From positions 256,001 to 320,000 of the forward strand of contig CAXXVS010000001.1 of NCBI GenBank assembly GCA_963674755.2: a DNA stretch of 64,000 bases. The letters are read 5' to 3'. The position numbers were made by a program, and so were the translations under genes. Under the pieces are notes generated by a model. That model ran no database searches. It worked only from the letters and a program-made list of their open reading frames with translations, and was not told the origin of the DNA. The number at the start of each line of letters is the position of its first letter. Within the stretch, counting starts at the first letter, position 1. The stretch is from Desulfobacterales bacterium. GTDB taxonomy: Bacteria > Desulfobacterota > Desulfobacteria > Desulfobacterales > UBA5852. Positions 10,014 to 20,141 of this stretch are shown one piece after another.

Positions 10014-10790
10014 TCAGGAACGGTCATCGGCCGGCAGATAGCGGCTCACCCAGGCGGCGATCAGCCGGCCGGCATAACGGGCGTCGACCGGATCGGAGAG
10101 CAGATGGTCGGCGCTGTCCAGGGAGACGAAGCTCTTTGGATGCCGGGCGATGCGGTAGAGCCGGGCCGCATTTTCGATGTCCACCACGGTGTCGCGGGGG
10201 GAATGGAGGATCAGCAGGGCGCGGTCGAGTTCCTTCAGCGCCCGGTCGATATCCGTTCGGGTGATATCCTCCAGGAATTGCTTTTTAATCGTCAACCGGC
10301 GGCCGCCAATGGTGATATCCGCCGCCCCCTGGCGCTGCAAGGGCTCCCGGATATCCTCCAGATGGTGTTGCAGGTGGGCCGGTTCGGCGGGGGCTGCGAT
10401 GGCCACCACGGCGCGCACGGACGGCAGGGCCGCCGCTGCCTGGATCACGGCGGCGCCGCCCAGGGAATGCCCCACCAGCATCAGGGGCGGGGTGCCCTGG
10501 GTCTCCATATAGCGGGCGGCATCGATCAGATCGGTGACATTGGATGAGAAATTCGTGTCGGCAAAGACCCCCTGGCTGGCCCCCAGGCCTGTGAAGTCGA
10601 ATCGCAGGACCCCGATGCCCTCCCGGTTCAAGGCCCGGGCGATATGATAGGCGGCCTTGATATCCTTGCCGCAGGTGAAGCAATGGGCAAACAGGGCATG
10701 CGCGAGCGCCCGACCCTCGGCGGGGACATCCCAGCGGGCGGAAAGTTCCAAGTCGTGCCGATTGGTGATGCGAATACCGCGCTGCAGCAT
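10014..10790 (-). CDS. alpha/beta hydrolase of the type usually fused to OsmC (OsmC domain absent)
   Basis: ALFAHCFTCGKD, RFDFTGLG.S.G, GHSLGG nucleophile elbow, HPKSFVSLD.ADHLL. Confidence 0.9.
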   Translation of the reverse strand: MLQRGIRITNRHDLELSARWDVPAEGRALAHALFAHCFTCGKDIKAAYHIARALNREGIGVLRFDFTGLGASQGVFADTNFSSNVTDLIDAARYMETQGTPPLMLVGHSLGGAAVIQAAAALPSVRAVVAIAAPAEPAHLQHHLEDIREPLQRQGAADITIGGRRLTIKKQFLEDITRTDIDRALKELDRALLILHSPRDTVVDIENAARLYRIARHPKSFVSLDSADHLLSDPVDARYAGRLIAAWVSRYLPADDRS

Positions 10791-10916
10791 GTTATCTTCT
10801 CCTGGTCTCTCAGGTGCCGTGTTAGGTGATCCCGATGGGACGCCGGCATCACCCTGTCCGGGTTGTAGCCCGCCCTTTGGCCGCGGCCGTCTTCCACAGA
10901 CGTCGGCGGATGGCAT

Positions 10917-11900
10917 TTATGGCGCGCTTTCCCGGCGCTGCTGGATGCTGGCCAGGGCTTCCCGGGCGGCCTGGCATACATCCGGATTGGAGCTGTGGGC
11001 GGCAACATCCTCCAAAAAAGGCACCGTGCGGTGATCCCCTGTCTCCCCCATGATGTAGAGCACATCGCCCTTTACGGCATCCTCCTGCCGGTCATAGCGC
11101 TGTCGCAGCGCCGGCAGCACCTCGGCGGCCAAACGCGGGTTCACGGCCGCGATGGTTTCCATCACCACCATGGCCCCCAGCCGCACGGGCCACTCGGGGT
11201 GGGTCAGCAGATCGAAGAGGGGCGGGAACAAGTGGCCCTTGTCAAGCATGGCCTGGGCCACCTGGCTGGCCAGGCCCTCCTTGATCAACCCATTTAAGGC
11301 GGCGCTGTCCAGGCGGCTGGGATCGCGGGTGGCGAGCTGTTCCAGGACCGCATCCACCGGGATCCGACCGGACCAGCGCAGATGGCGGTCGAGCACGAGG
11401 GTCGGTACGGCCTGGATCTTGTCTTCCCGCGCCATTTCCGGGAACAGGGCGCCATCGATGACCGCCAGGCGCAATCGCGGGCCGGCCTTGGCCAACGCCA
11501 CCCATTGCTGCAAGGCCCCTGGGCAGAACGGGCAGGCCGGTGCGATGAAAAGCCGGATTTCAACCGGCAGAGCCATTTGCTCCAGCCATTTGCGCCGCAT
11601 TTCCGGGATCGGGGCTTCGTCCTGGCCGGGCGGGAACAGGGCCGCGATCAGGCTGTCGAGCTTGTCGCCCTCCGGCAGGGCCTGGAAGCGGATGCCCGCC
11701 GCGGTCTCCAGCCAGGGGGGCTCGGAAATGTCTTCCACGACGGTCACCAAATCGATTCCCGGCAGTGCTTCGTGCAGTTGGCGGCCATAGTCTTGAAACC
11801 GATCGCTGAGATCATGACGGGTCAATACCAGGCGCAGTCGAATGTTGGGCGGCAGGTCCGCGCCAAGCGCCTGCAATCGTTCGTGGTCCTCGGGTTTCAT
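10917..11900 (-). CDS. AhpF-N-like thioredoxin-fold protein with C-terminal HEAT repeats
   Basis: FIAPACPFCP, IDGALFPE, cis-Pro AVPT. C-terminal HEAT-like helices (HPEWPVRLGA, NPDVCQAAREAL). Confidence 0.75.
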   Translation of the reverse strand: MKPEDHERLQALGADLPPNIRLRLVLTRHDLSDRFQDYGRQLHEALPGIDLVTVVEDISEPPWLETAAGIRFQALPEGDKLDSLIAALFPPGQDEAPIPEMRRKWLEQMALPVEIRLFIAPACPFCPGALQQWVALAKAGPRLRLAVIDGALFPEMAREDKIQAVPTLVLDRHLRWSGRIPVDAVLEQLATRDPSRLDSAALNGLIKEGLASQVAQAMLDKGHLFPPLFDLLTHPEWPVRLGAMVVMETIAAVNPRLAAEVLPALRQRYDRQEDAVKGDVLYIMGETGDHRTVPFLEDVAAHSSNPDVCQAAREALASIQQRRESAP

Positions 11901-12219
11901 CACTGGTGCCAGGATATTCCTCCCATCGCTTATCGTCCGATTTTCTCTCACGGCTATAATCCAGTTGTGCGACCACCGCAACTCTATCCGCCGGGGAGGG
12001 TCGGTCAGGATCGGCTCCCGAATCAAGAGGATAATGTTTGACAACCCCCAAGGCGTTTTTTATGATTTCGCCATTCCGCCGCCGATCCGAACCATAACAC
12101 CCCGGCGACCAAGCGCCGCACGCTGACCGGTCGGCAGACGTTTTCCCATCCAGCCCGTCTGCCGGTGCCCGACGCCGCCTGTTTCAGCCGCCCTAGCCCC
12201 ATCAGGAGGAACACTGTCC

Positions 12220-14964
12220 ATGAAGGCCTTCGAAACCTATCAGGCCCCGTTCATCGAGGACCAGTACGAGCGCTGGCGACGGGATCCCCAATCCGTCAGC
12301 GCGGACTGGCAGCATTATTTTATCGGCTTCGACATGGGACGCGAGGCCCCCGCCGGAGAAGAAGGCATGTGGGACGAGGACCGCATGCTGCAGCAGGCCC
12401 GCGTGGAAGCCTTGAAGTACCGTTACCGCGACCTGGGCCATCTCCTGGCCTGCATGGATCCCCTGGAGGCCTGCCCGGTCGACCATCCCCTGCTGGCGCT
12501 GGGTGCCTTCGGGCTGAAACCCGACGATCTCGAGACCCGTTTTTTCACCCGCCGCTTCTCCAACGACCGCATGGCGCCCCTCAAGGAGATCGTCCAAGCC
12601 CTCAGGGAGACCTATTGCCGTTCCGTCGGCGCGGAGTACATGCACCTGCAGGATCCCGAGGAGCGCCGCTGGCTGCAGGAGCGGATGGAACCGGTCCGCA
12701 ACCAGCCCGCAATCGAACCGGAAGTGCGCCGCCGCGTCCTGGAGCGCCTCAGCCGGGCGGCCCTGTTCGAGCAGTTTCTCAACCGCAAGTATGTCGGGGT
12801 GACCCGTTTTTCACTGGAGGGAGGCGACGGCCTGATCCCCATGCTGGACGATCTGGTGAACCATGCGGCGGCCAGCGGGGGACGGGAAATTATCCTGGGC
12901 ATGGCCCACCGGGGGCGCCTGAACGTTCAGACCCACATCCTGGGCAAGTCCTACGAAGACATCTTCAGCGAGTTCGAACACTGTTACGATCCCGACGCCC
13001 TCGTGGGGGCCGGGGACGTCAAATACCACAACGGCTACCTGGCCGATCTGACCACCGCCAACGGCCACGCCCAGCGCATTTTTCTCGTGAACAACCCCAG
13101 CCATCTGGAGGCGGTCGATCCGGTGGCGGAAGGCATTGCCCGGGCCCGGCAGGATCTGGCCGCCGGGGAGCGGCATCGTATCCTGCCGGTGCTGATCCAC
13201 GGGGATGCGGCTTTCGCCGGACAGGGGGTGGTGGCCGAAACCCTCAACATGTCCCAGCTGGAGGGCTATACCACCGGCGGCACCCTGCACATCATCATCA
13301 ACAACCAGATCGGCTATACCACGCTGCCCAAGGACGCCCGTTCCACCCGCTATTCGACAGACGTGGCCAAGATGCTGATGGTGCCGGTGTTCCATGTGCA
13401 CGGGGAGAACCCGGAAGCGTTGCTGCATGTGGTCCGCACGGCCTATGACTATCGCAACACCTTCGGCAAGGACGTGGTCGTCGACCTGGTCTGCTACCGC
13501 CGCTATGGCCATAACGAAGGCGACGAACCCTATTTTACCCAGCCCACCATGTACGACCGGATCCGCCGGCGCGCTTCGCTTCACAAGCTCTACGCGGAAA
13601 CCCTCATCGCGGCTGGTCTGATCACCAAAGAGGCCGTGGACGCCATCGGCCAGGAGATTCGCGATGAACTCGAGCAGGCCTACGACGCCATCCATGGCAG
13701 TACCTGCCTCTTTCCCCAGGACCGTTTTTTCGACAACTGGGAGAACTACACCGACCGCTTCGATCATGACCCGGTGGAAACCGGGGTGGCCGCGGACACC
13801 CTGATCCAGCTGGCCCGCGCCCTGCGAGCCGAACCGCCGGGGTTCAACCTCAACAACAAACTCCAGCGGCAGATGGACAAGCGCCTGGCGGCAGTGGAAG
13901 AGGGGAACGACATCGACTGGGCCAATGCCGAAGCCCTGGCGTGGGCCTCCCTCCTGGCGGAAGGCACCCCCATCCGGCTCAGCGGTCAGGACTGCGCCCG
14001 GGGCACCTTCAGCCAGCGCCACAGCGTCTGGATCGACACGGCTTCCGGCGAATCTTACACGCCCTTGAACGCCCTGACGGACGACCAGGCGGTCTACGAC
14101 GTCCACAACAGCCTGCTGGCGGAGTACAGCGTCTTGGGCTTCGAATACGGCTATGCCATGATGCGGCCTGAAGCGCTGGTGATCTGGGAAGCCCAATTCG
14201 GGGACTTCGTCAACAACGCCCAGTCCGTGATCGATCTTTTCATCGCCAGCGGGGAATCCAAATGGCAGCGCCTGAACGGCCTGGTGATGCTCCTGCCCCA
14301 TGGGCTCGAGGGCCAGGGGCCCGAGCATTCCAGCGCGCGGCTGGAGCGCTTTCTGCAATTGTGCGCCGATGACAACATGCAGGTGTGCTACCCCACCACC
14401 CCGGCCCAGTATTTTCACCTTTTACGGCGCCAGGTGCACCAGACCTGCCGCAAACCCCTGGTGGTGATGACCCCCAAGAGCCTGCTGCGCAACCCGGCGG
14501 CAACCTCCAGCCGGAAAGACCTGGCGGCGGGCCATTTCCAACCCGTGCTGGACGACAGCGACGCACCCGCCTCGGCCGCCCGCCTGATTTTCTGCAGCGG
14601 GAAGATCTATTACGAGATGGCTGAACGCCTGCGCTCCCTGCGGCGGCGCCAGGCCGCCCTGGTGCGTCTGGAACAGTTTCATCCCTTTCCGGAAGCGGCC
14701 CTGCGCGCAGTTATCGGCCGCTATAAAAAAGCCCGGCAATTCCTGTGGGTGCAGGAAGAACCGGAGAACATGGGCGGCTGGCAGTTCGTGCGGCCCCGCC
14801 TGGAACCCCTGCTGACCAAACCGCTGCGCTATGTCGGGCGTCCCCCCTCGTCCAGCCCGGCCAGCGGATTTCCCAAAATCTACCGGCGCCAGCAGGATGC
14901 CATTCTCAATGAAGCCGTGGGGATCGAAGACGCGGATCGCGCCGCCAGCGCGGCGGCGAATTAA
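12220..14964 (+). CDS. sucA: 2-oxoglutarate dehydrogenase E1
   Basis: GMAHRGRLN, GDVKYH, NPSHLE, ThDP motif HGDAAF...INNQIG, WEAQFGDF, GQGPEHSS. Confidence 0.97.
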   Translation: MKAFETYQAPFIEDQYERWRRDPQSVSADWQHYFIGFDMGREAPAGEEGMWDEDRMLQQARVEALKYRYRDLGHLLACMDPLEACPVDHPLLALGAFGLKPDDLETRFFTRRFSNDRMAPLKEIVQALRETYCRSVGAEYMHLQDPEERRWLQERMEPVRNQPAIEPEVRRRVLERLSRAALFEQFLNRKYVGVTRFSLEGGDGLIPMLDDLVNHAAASGGREIILGMAHRGRLNVQTHILGKSYEDIFSEFEHCYDPDALVGAGDVKYHNGYLADLTTANGHAQRIFLVNNPSHLEAVDPVAEGIARARQDLAAGERHRILPVLIHGDAAFAGQGVVAETLNMSQLEGYTTGGTLHIIINNQIGYTTLPKDARSTRYSTDVAKMLMVPVFHVHGENPEALLHVVRTAYDYRNTFGKDVVVDLVCYRRYGHNEGDEPYFTQPTMYDRIRRRASLHKLYAETLIAAGLITKEAVDAIGQEIRDELEQAYDAIHGSTCLFPQDRFFDNWENYTDRFDHDPVETGVAADTLIQLARALRAEPPGFNLNNKLQRQMDKRLAAVEEGNDIDWANAEALAWASLLAEGTPIRLSGQDCARGTFSQRHSVWIDTASGESYTPLNALTDDQAVYDVHNSLLAEYSVLGFEYGYAMMRPEALVIWEAQFGDFVNNAQSVIDLFIASGESKWQRLNGLVMLLPHGLEGQGPEHSSARLERFLQLCADDNMQVCYPTTPAQYFHLLRRQVHQTCRKPLVVMTPKSLLRNPAATSSRKDLAAGHFQPVLDDSDAPASAARLIFCSGKIYYEMAERLRSLRRRQAALVRLEQFHPFPEAALRAVIGRYKKARQFLWVQEEPENMGGWQFVRPRLEPLLTKPLRYVGRPPSSSPASGFPKIYRRQQDAILNEAVGIEDADRAASAAAN

Positions 14965-14975
14965 AGGAGAACCCG

Positions 14976-16277
14976 ATGACCATTGCAATCAAAGTTCCCA
15001 GTGTAGGCGAGTCCGTCACCGAGGCCCTTCTGGCGGAATGGTTCAAACAGGACGGCGACCCGGTTGACAAGAACGAGCCGCTTTTCGTGCTGGAAACCGA
15101 CAAGGTGACGCTGGAGGTGGAAGCCGAGGCCGCCGGTCAACTGAAAATTCTGGTGCCGGAAGGGGAAACCGTGGCCATCGGCACGGTGGTGGGGGAGATC
15201 GATACCGAAGCCGCCCCGGCCGCTGCATCCGAGAAAGACAAAGCGCCTTCCAAGGCGACGTCGGAAGCACCGCCTGCCGCCGCGGAGGAAGACCCGGGCC
15301 CGCCCCCCTCGGCCAGGGCCGCAGAGAAGGAGAAAACCCGGGAAGCGGCAAAGAAGAAAACGCCTGCCGAAGCCAAACCGGCGGAACCCAAGGGAGAGGG
15401 CCCTCTCCTCTCCCCGGCTGTTCGCCGGTTGGTGGCCGAACACGATCTCGATCCCGCGACCATCACCGGCAGCGGCCCGGGCGGACGGCTGACCAAAGGG
15501 GATGTTCTGCTCTATCTGGAAGGGCGGCCGGCGGAAGCGGCGGCCCCTCGCGCCGCGGTTCCCACCGCCGATGCGGTTCCCGAAGAGCGCCGGCAGGCCA
15601 TGAGCCCCATCCGCCGGCGTATTGCCGAACGGCTGCTGGAGGCCAAGCAGAACACGGCCATGTTAACGACCTTCAACGAGATCGACATGAGCCGGGCCAT
15701 GGCGGTACGCGCTTCCTACAAGGAGGCCTTCCAGAAAAAGCACGGCATCGGCCTGGGCTTCATGTCCTTTTTCGTCAGGGCTTGCGTCGAAGCGCTGGGC
15801 GAGATCCCGGAAATCAACGCCTTTGTGGACGGCAACGACTTTGTCTATCACGAGCACTGCCACATCGGCATTGCCGTGGGAGCGCCCAAGGGGCTGGTGG
15901 TGCCGGTGCTGCGGCGGGCCGAGCAGATGAGCTTCGCCGACATCGAACAGGCCATCGTGGACTACGTGGCCAAGATCAAGGAAAACCGTCTGGAGCTCTC
16001 CGACCTGGAAGGCGGCACCTTCACCATCAGCAACGGCGGGGTTTACGGGTCGCTGCTGAGCACGCCCATCCTGAACATGCCCCAGAGCGGCATCCTGGGC
16101 ATGCACAAGATCGAAAAGCGGCCCGTGGTGGTGGACGATGAGATCGTGATCCGGCCCATGATGTATGTGGCGTTGAGCTACGATCACCGCATCGTGGACG
16201 GCAAGGGGGCGGTGACTTTTCTGCGTCGCGTCAAGGAATTTGTCGAAAACCCGGAACGCATGCTTCTGGAGGTATGA
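14976..16277 (+). CDS. sucB: dihydrolipoamide succinyltransferase E2
   Basis: Lipoyl domain LETDKV, E3-binding domain, AMLTTFNE, catalytic YDHRIVDG. Follows sucA. Confidence 0.96.
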   Translation: MTIAIKVPSVGESVTEALLAEWFKQDGDPVDKNEPLFVLETDKVTLEVEAEAAGQLKILVPEGETVAIGTVVGEIDTEAAPAAASEKDKAPSKATSEAPPAAAEEDPGPPPSARAAEKEKTREAAKKKTPAEAKPAEPKGEGPLLSPAVRRLVAEHDLDPATITGSGPGGRLTKGDVLLYLEGRPAEAAAPRAAVPTADAVPEERRQAMSPIRRRIAERLLEAKQNTAMLTTFNEIDMSRAMAVRASYKEAFQKKHGIGLGFMSFFVRACVEALGEIPEINAFVDGNDFVYHEHCHIGIAVGAPKGLVVPVLRRAEQMSFADIEQAIVDYVAKIKENRLELSDLEGGTFTISNGGVYGSLLSTPILNMPQSGILGMHKIEKRPVVVDDEIVIRPMMYVALSYDHRIVDGKGAVTFLRRVKEFVENPERMLLEV

Positions 16278-16279
16278 CC

Positions 16280-17719
16280 ATGGCATCCAAGGAAACCTTT
16301 GACCTGATCGTGATCGGCAGCGGCCCCGGGGGGTACGTGGCGGCGGTGCGGGCGGCCCAGCTGGGCATGAAGACCGCCTGCATCGAGAAGCACACGCGCC
16401 TGGGAGGGGTCTGCCTGAACGTGGGCTGCATTCCCAGCAAGGCCCTGCTGGACTCCTCCGAATACTACCATCTGGCCCAGACCCGGTTTGGCGAGCACGG
16501 CATCAAGACCGGTCGTCTGGGGCTGGATCTCAAGCAGATGCTGGCCCGCAAAGAAAAGGTGGTAAAGGATCTGACCGACAATGTGCGCCAGCTTCTGGAG
16601 GGACACGACGTCACTATTCTCCAGGGAACCGCCCGGCTGGCCGGTCCAAACCGGGTGATCCTGACCCGCGGCAAACAAAAAGAAGAAGCCTTCGAAGCTA
16701 AACATATCCTGTTGGCCACGGGCAGCGCGCCGGTAGCCCTGCCCGGCCATCCCTTCGACGAGAAGCAAATCGTGAGCGCCACGGGAGCCCTGGCCTTCGA
16801 TGCCGTTCCCAAACATCTGGGCATCGTGGGGGGCGGTTACATCGGCCTCGAACTGGGATCGGTCTGGATGCGTCTGGGGGCCAAGGTGACGGTGATCGAG
16901 ATGCTGCCCAAAATCGCCGCCGGCCTGGATGGCCAGGTGGGGCGTACCCTGGACCGTCTTCTGCGCAAGCAGGGCATGGACATCCGGGTCGACACCAAGG
17001 TCGCCGGTGTCAAAAAAGCCGCCAAACAGATCAAGGTTGCCATAGAAAAGAACGGCAAACAGGAAAATCTGACGTTCGACCGGCTCCTGGTGAGCATCGG
17101 CCGCCGGCCCCTGACCCAGGGGCTCGGTTTGTCCGAGGTGGGGGTCGAGGTGGATGCGCGTAGCGGGCAGGTCAAGATCGACGACCAATACCGCACCAGT
17201 GTGCCCTCGGTGTCCGCCATCGGCGATCTGGTGCCCGGGCCCATGCTGGCCCACAAGGCCTCGGCCGAAGGGATCGCGGCGGTGGAAGCCATGGCGGGCC
17301 AGCCCGCCGAAGTCAACTACGATGCGATTCCGGCCATTGTCTACACCGCCCCGGAAGTGGCCAGTGTGGGGCTTACCGAGGAGCAGGTCAAGGAACGAGG
17401 CGTGCCCTACTGCACGGGCAGCTATCCCTTTACCGGGGCCGGCCGCGCCCGCTGCATGGGGGAGACCGACGGCTTCGTGAAAGTCATCCGGCACGGGCGC
17501 ACCGACCGGGTGCTGGGGATTCACATTATCGGCGCGCGGGCGGCCGACATGATCGCCGAGGGCGTTCTGGCCATGGAGTTCAATGCCAGTTCCGAAGACA
17601 TCGCCCGGACCATCCACGGCCATCCGACCTTTGCCGAAGCGCTGATGGAGGCGGCCATGGGGGCCAGCCAGTGCGCCATCTACGGCGCCCAGGGCAAGGC
17701 CTCCACCGAGGGGCCCTAA
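16280..17719 (+). CDS. lpdA: dihydrolipoamide dehydrogenase E3 (OGDH-associated)
   Basis: GSGPGGY, GGVCLNVGCIPSK, GGGYIGLE, HPTFAE. Confidence 0.96.
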   Translation: MASKETFDLIVIGSGPGGYVAAVRAAQLGMKTACIEKHTRLGGVCLNVGCIPSKALLDSSEYYHLAQTRFGEHGIKTGRLGLDLKQMLARKEKVVKDLTDNVRQLLEGHDVTILQGTARLAGPNRVILTRGKQKEEAFEAKHILLATGSAPVALPGHPFDEKQIVSATGALAFDAVPKHLGIVGGGYIGLELGSVWMRLGAKVTVIEMLPKIAAGLDGQVGRTLDRLLRKQGMDIRVDTKVAGVKKAAKQIKVAIEKNGKQENLTFDRLLVSIGRRPLTQGLGLSEVGVEVDARSGQVKIDDQYRTSVPSVSAIGDLVPGPMLAHKASAEGIAAVEAMAGQPAEVNYDAIPAIVYTAPEVASVGLTEEQVKERGVPYCTGSYPFTGAGRARCMGETDGFVKVIRHGRTDRVLGIHIIGARAADMIAEGVLAMEFNASSEDIARTIHGHPTFAEALMEAAMGASQCAIYGAQGKASTEGP

Positions 17720-18049
17720 AGCGATCCTGCCACACCCCATCGGTCCGGACCATCTCCCGGCGGCGGACTTCCCTGTGCGGCGCTTCATGTGACGCCATGG
17801 GAACCCCGCCGCCGACCGGCCCGGCGATCCTGCCCGGTACCCGGGTACTTCCCATCCCTACCTTTGCACGGCCATTTACCCACCCCGTCTTGACGTAAGG
17901 CGCTTGGCGCTCAATCTTCTACCCGTAACGTTTTATGGGCTGAACCGGTGCTTGGGGATGAGCGGCAGGACCGTTTGTCGGTAAGCCCAAAAAGCAGCCG
18001 GCGATACGACCAGCCCGACCCGACAGGACGCCCGCCAAGGAGAGCCAAG

Positions 18050-19156
18050 ATGCCCCGCAAGACATTGCCGATCGAAGAAAAACTCGAAAGTCTGGCTATC
18101 CTGGACGCCAAGGGCAACGTGGATAAGGCTCTCGAACCGTCAATGCCTAAGGAATTGCTGCTCAAACTCTACCGCTACATGGTGCTCGGCCGGTGCTTTG
18201 ACGAACGCCTGCTGGCGCTGCAGCGCCAGGGCCGGATCGGCACCTTCCCGCCCATTTCCGGCCAGGAGGCGGCCCACCTGGGGGCGGTGGCGGCTTTGCG
18301 GGAAGATGATTGGATGGTGCCCGCCTTCCGGGAAACCGCGGCCGAGATCTGGCGCGGCCGCAGTCTGGAAAGCGTCATCCTGGGCAACAACGGCTTCAAC
18401 GAAGCGGCCAGCATCGATCCCCCCGGTCCCACCCTGCCGGTTTCCGTACCGGTGGGCTCCCAGATGCTGCATGCCGTGGGCCTCGGCTGGGCCGCCCGCT
18501 ACCGCAAGACGGATCAGGTGGCTTTGACCTTTTTCGGTGACGGGGCCACCTCGGAGGGCGATTTCCACGAAGCCATGAATTTGGCCGGCGTTTTCCAGGC
18601 TCCCGTGATATTCGTCTGTCAGAACAACCACTGGGCCATCTCCATTCCCCGCAGCCGCCAGACCCGCTCTGCCACCATTGCCCAAAAGGCGCTGGCCTAC
18701 GGTATGCCGGGCGTCCAGGTGGACGGCAACGACGTGCTGGCGGTTTACAGCGCCGTGAGCGAGGCCGTGGCGCGGGCCCGCGCGGGCCGGGGGCCGACCC
18801 TGGTGGAATGCGTCACCTACCGCATGCTGATGCACACCACGGCGGACGATCCCCGGCGCTATCGCTCGGATGACGAGCTGGAAAGCTGGAAGGCCAAAGA
18901 CCCCATCGCACGCTTCGAGGTCTATTTGAAGCACAAAAAACTGCTCACCAGGAAGAAGATCGAGGCACTCAACCAAGAGGTCCTGGCCCAGATCCAGACG
19001 GCGGTGGAACAGGCCGAAAATCAGATGAAGACCCTGGGGAATCCTCTGGACATGTTCGCGCATGCCTATGCGCAGATGCCGCCGCACCTGCGCGTCCAGC
19101 GCGAGGAGCTGGCGGCCGAGATCGGCCGGGCGGCCAAGGAGGACGGCGATGGCTAA
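18050..19156 (+). CDS. pdhA: pyruvate (or branched-chain 2-oxoacid) dehydrogenase E1 alpha
   Basis: QRQGRIG, GDGATSEGDFHE...QNN ThDP motif, YR..HTTADD. AAGGAG RBS. Confidence 0.88.
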   Translation: MPRKTLPIEEKLESLAILDAKGNVDKALEPSMPKELLLKLYRYMVLGRCFDERLLALQRQGRIGTFPPISGQEAAHLGAVAALREDDWMVPAFRETAAEIWRGRSLESVILGNNGFNEAASIDPPGPTLPVSVPVGSQMLHAVGLGWAARYRKTDQVALTFFGDGATSEGDFHEAMNLAGVFQAPVIFVCQNNHWAISIPRSRQTRSATIAQKALAYGMPGVQVDGNDVLAVYSAVSEAVARARAGRGPTLVECVTYRMLMHTTADDPRRYRSDDELESWKAKDPIARFEVYLKHKKLLTRKKIEALNQEVLAQIQTAVEQAENQMKTLGNPLDMFAHAYAQMPPHLRVQREELAAEIGRAAKEDGDG

Positions 19157-20132
19157 AATGACCATGGTCCAGGCCCTGAACCTGGCCCTGCGGCAGGAAA
19201 TGACCCGCGACGACGGGGTCGTCGTGCTGGGGGAGGATGTGGGTGTGGACGGCGGGGTCTTCCGGGTCACGGACGGACTCATCGAACACTTCGGGGAAGA
19301 GCGGGTGCTCGATACCCCCCTGGGCGAATCCGGCATTGCCGGTATGGCCATCGGCATGGCGCTCTACGGACTGCGGCCGGTGTGCGAGATGCAGTTTGCC
19401 GGCTTTTCCTACCAGGCCTTTCACCAGATGGAAAACCACGCCGCCCGGCTGCGCTGGCGGTCCCAGGGACGCTTGTCGGTGCCCATGGTGTTGCGGGCGC
19501 CCTATGGGGGCGGGGTGCGGGCCCTGGAGCACCACTCCGAGAGCCGCGAGACCTATTTCGCCCATACGCCCGGGCTCAAAATGGTGCTTCCCTCCGGGCC
19601 GCGCAATGCCCGGGCTCTGCTGGTGAGTGCCATACGGGATCCGGACCCGGTGGTGTTCTTCGAACCCAAAGCCGTCTACCGGGCTTACCGCGAAGAGGTT
19701 CCCGAAGAGGAGGAGACCCTGCCCATCGGGCAGCCCGTCATCGCCCGGGAGGGCCGGGATCTGACCATCGTGACTTACGGCGCCATGGTCCGGCCCGTGC
19801 TGGCAGCGGCCGAGGAATTGCAGGCCAAGGACGGCGTCGCGGCCGAGGTGATCGATCTGTTGACGATTGCCCCGCTGGATGACGCCCTTTTTGCGGCCTC
19901 GGCCCGCAAGACCGGGCACGTGATGGTGGTGCACGAAGCGCCGCGCAGTTTCGGTCCGGGGGCCGAGATCGTGTCCCGCCTGGTGGAAAAAGCATTTTAC
20001 TTCCTGGAAGTGCCCATCGCCCGGGTGACCGGTTACGACGTGGTGATGCCGCTTTTCAGCCGGGAGCAGCATTACCTGCCCCACCCGGGGCGCGTGGCGG
20101 CCGCCGCCCGCCGCCTGCTCGAAGAAGGATAG
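19149..20132 (+). CDS. pdhB: 2-oxoacid dehydrogenase E1 beta
   Basis: GEDVG..GGVFR.T.GL, DTPLGESGI, EHHSES, DPVVFFEPK. Confidence 0.88.
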   Translation: MAKMTMVQALNLALRQEMTRDDGVVVLGEDVGVDGGVFRVTDGLIEHFGEERVLDTPLGESGIAGMAIGMALYGLRPVCEMQFAGFSYQAFHQMENHAARLRWRSQGRLSVPMVLRAPYGGGVRALEHHSESRETYFAHTPGLKMVLPSGPRNARALLVSAIRDPDPVVFFEPKAVYRAYREEVPEEEETLPIGQPVIAREGRDLTIVTYGAMVRPVLAAAEELQAKDGVAAEVIDLLTIAPLDDALFAASARKTGHVMVVHEAPRSFGPGAEIVSRLVEKAFYFLEVPIARVTGYDVVMPLFSREQHYLPHPGRVAAAARRLLEEG

Positions 20133-20141
20133 GAGGCGTCC

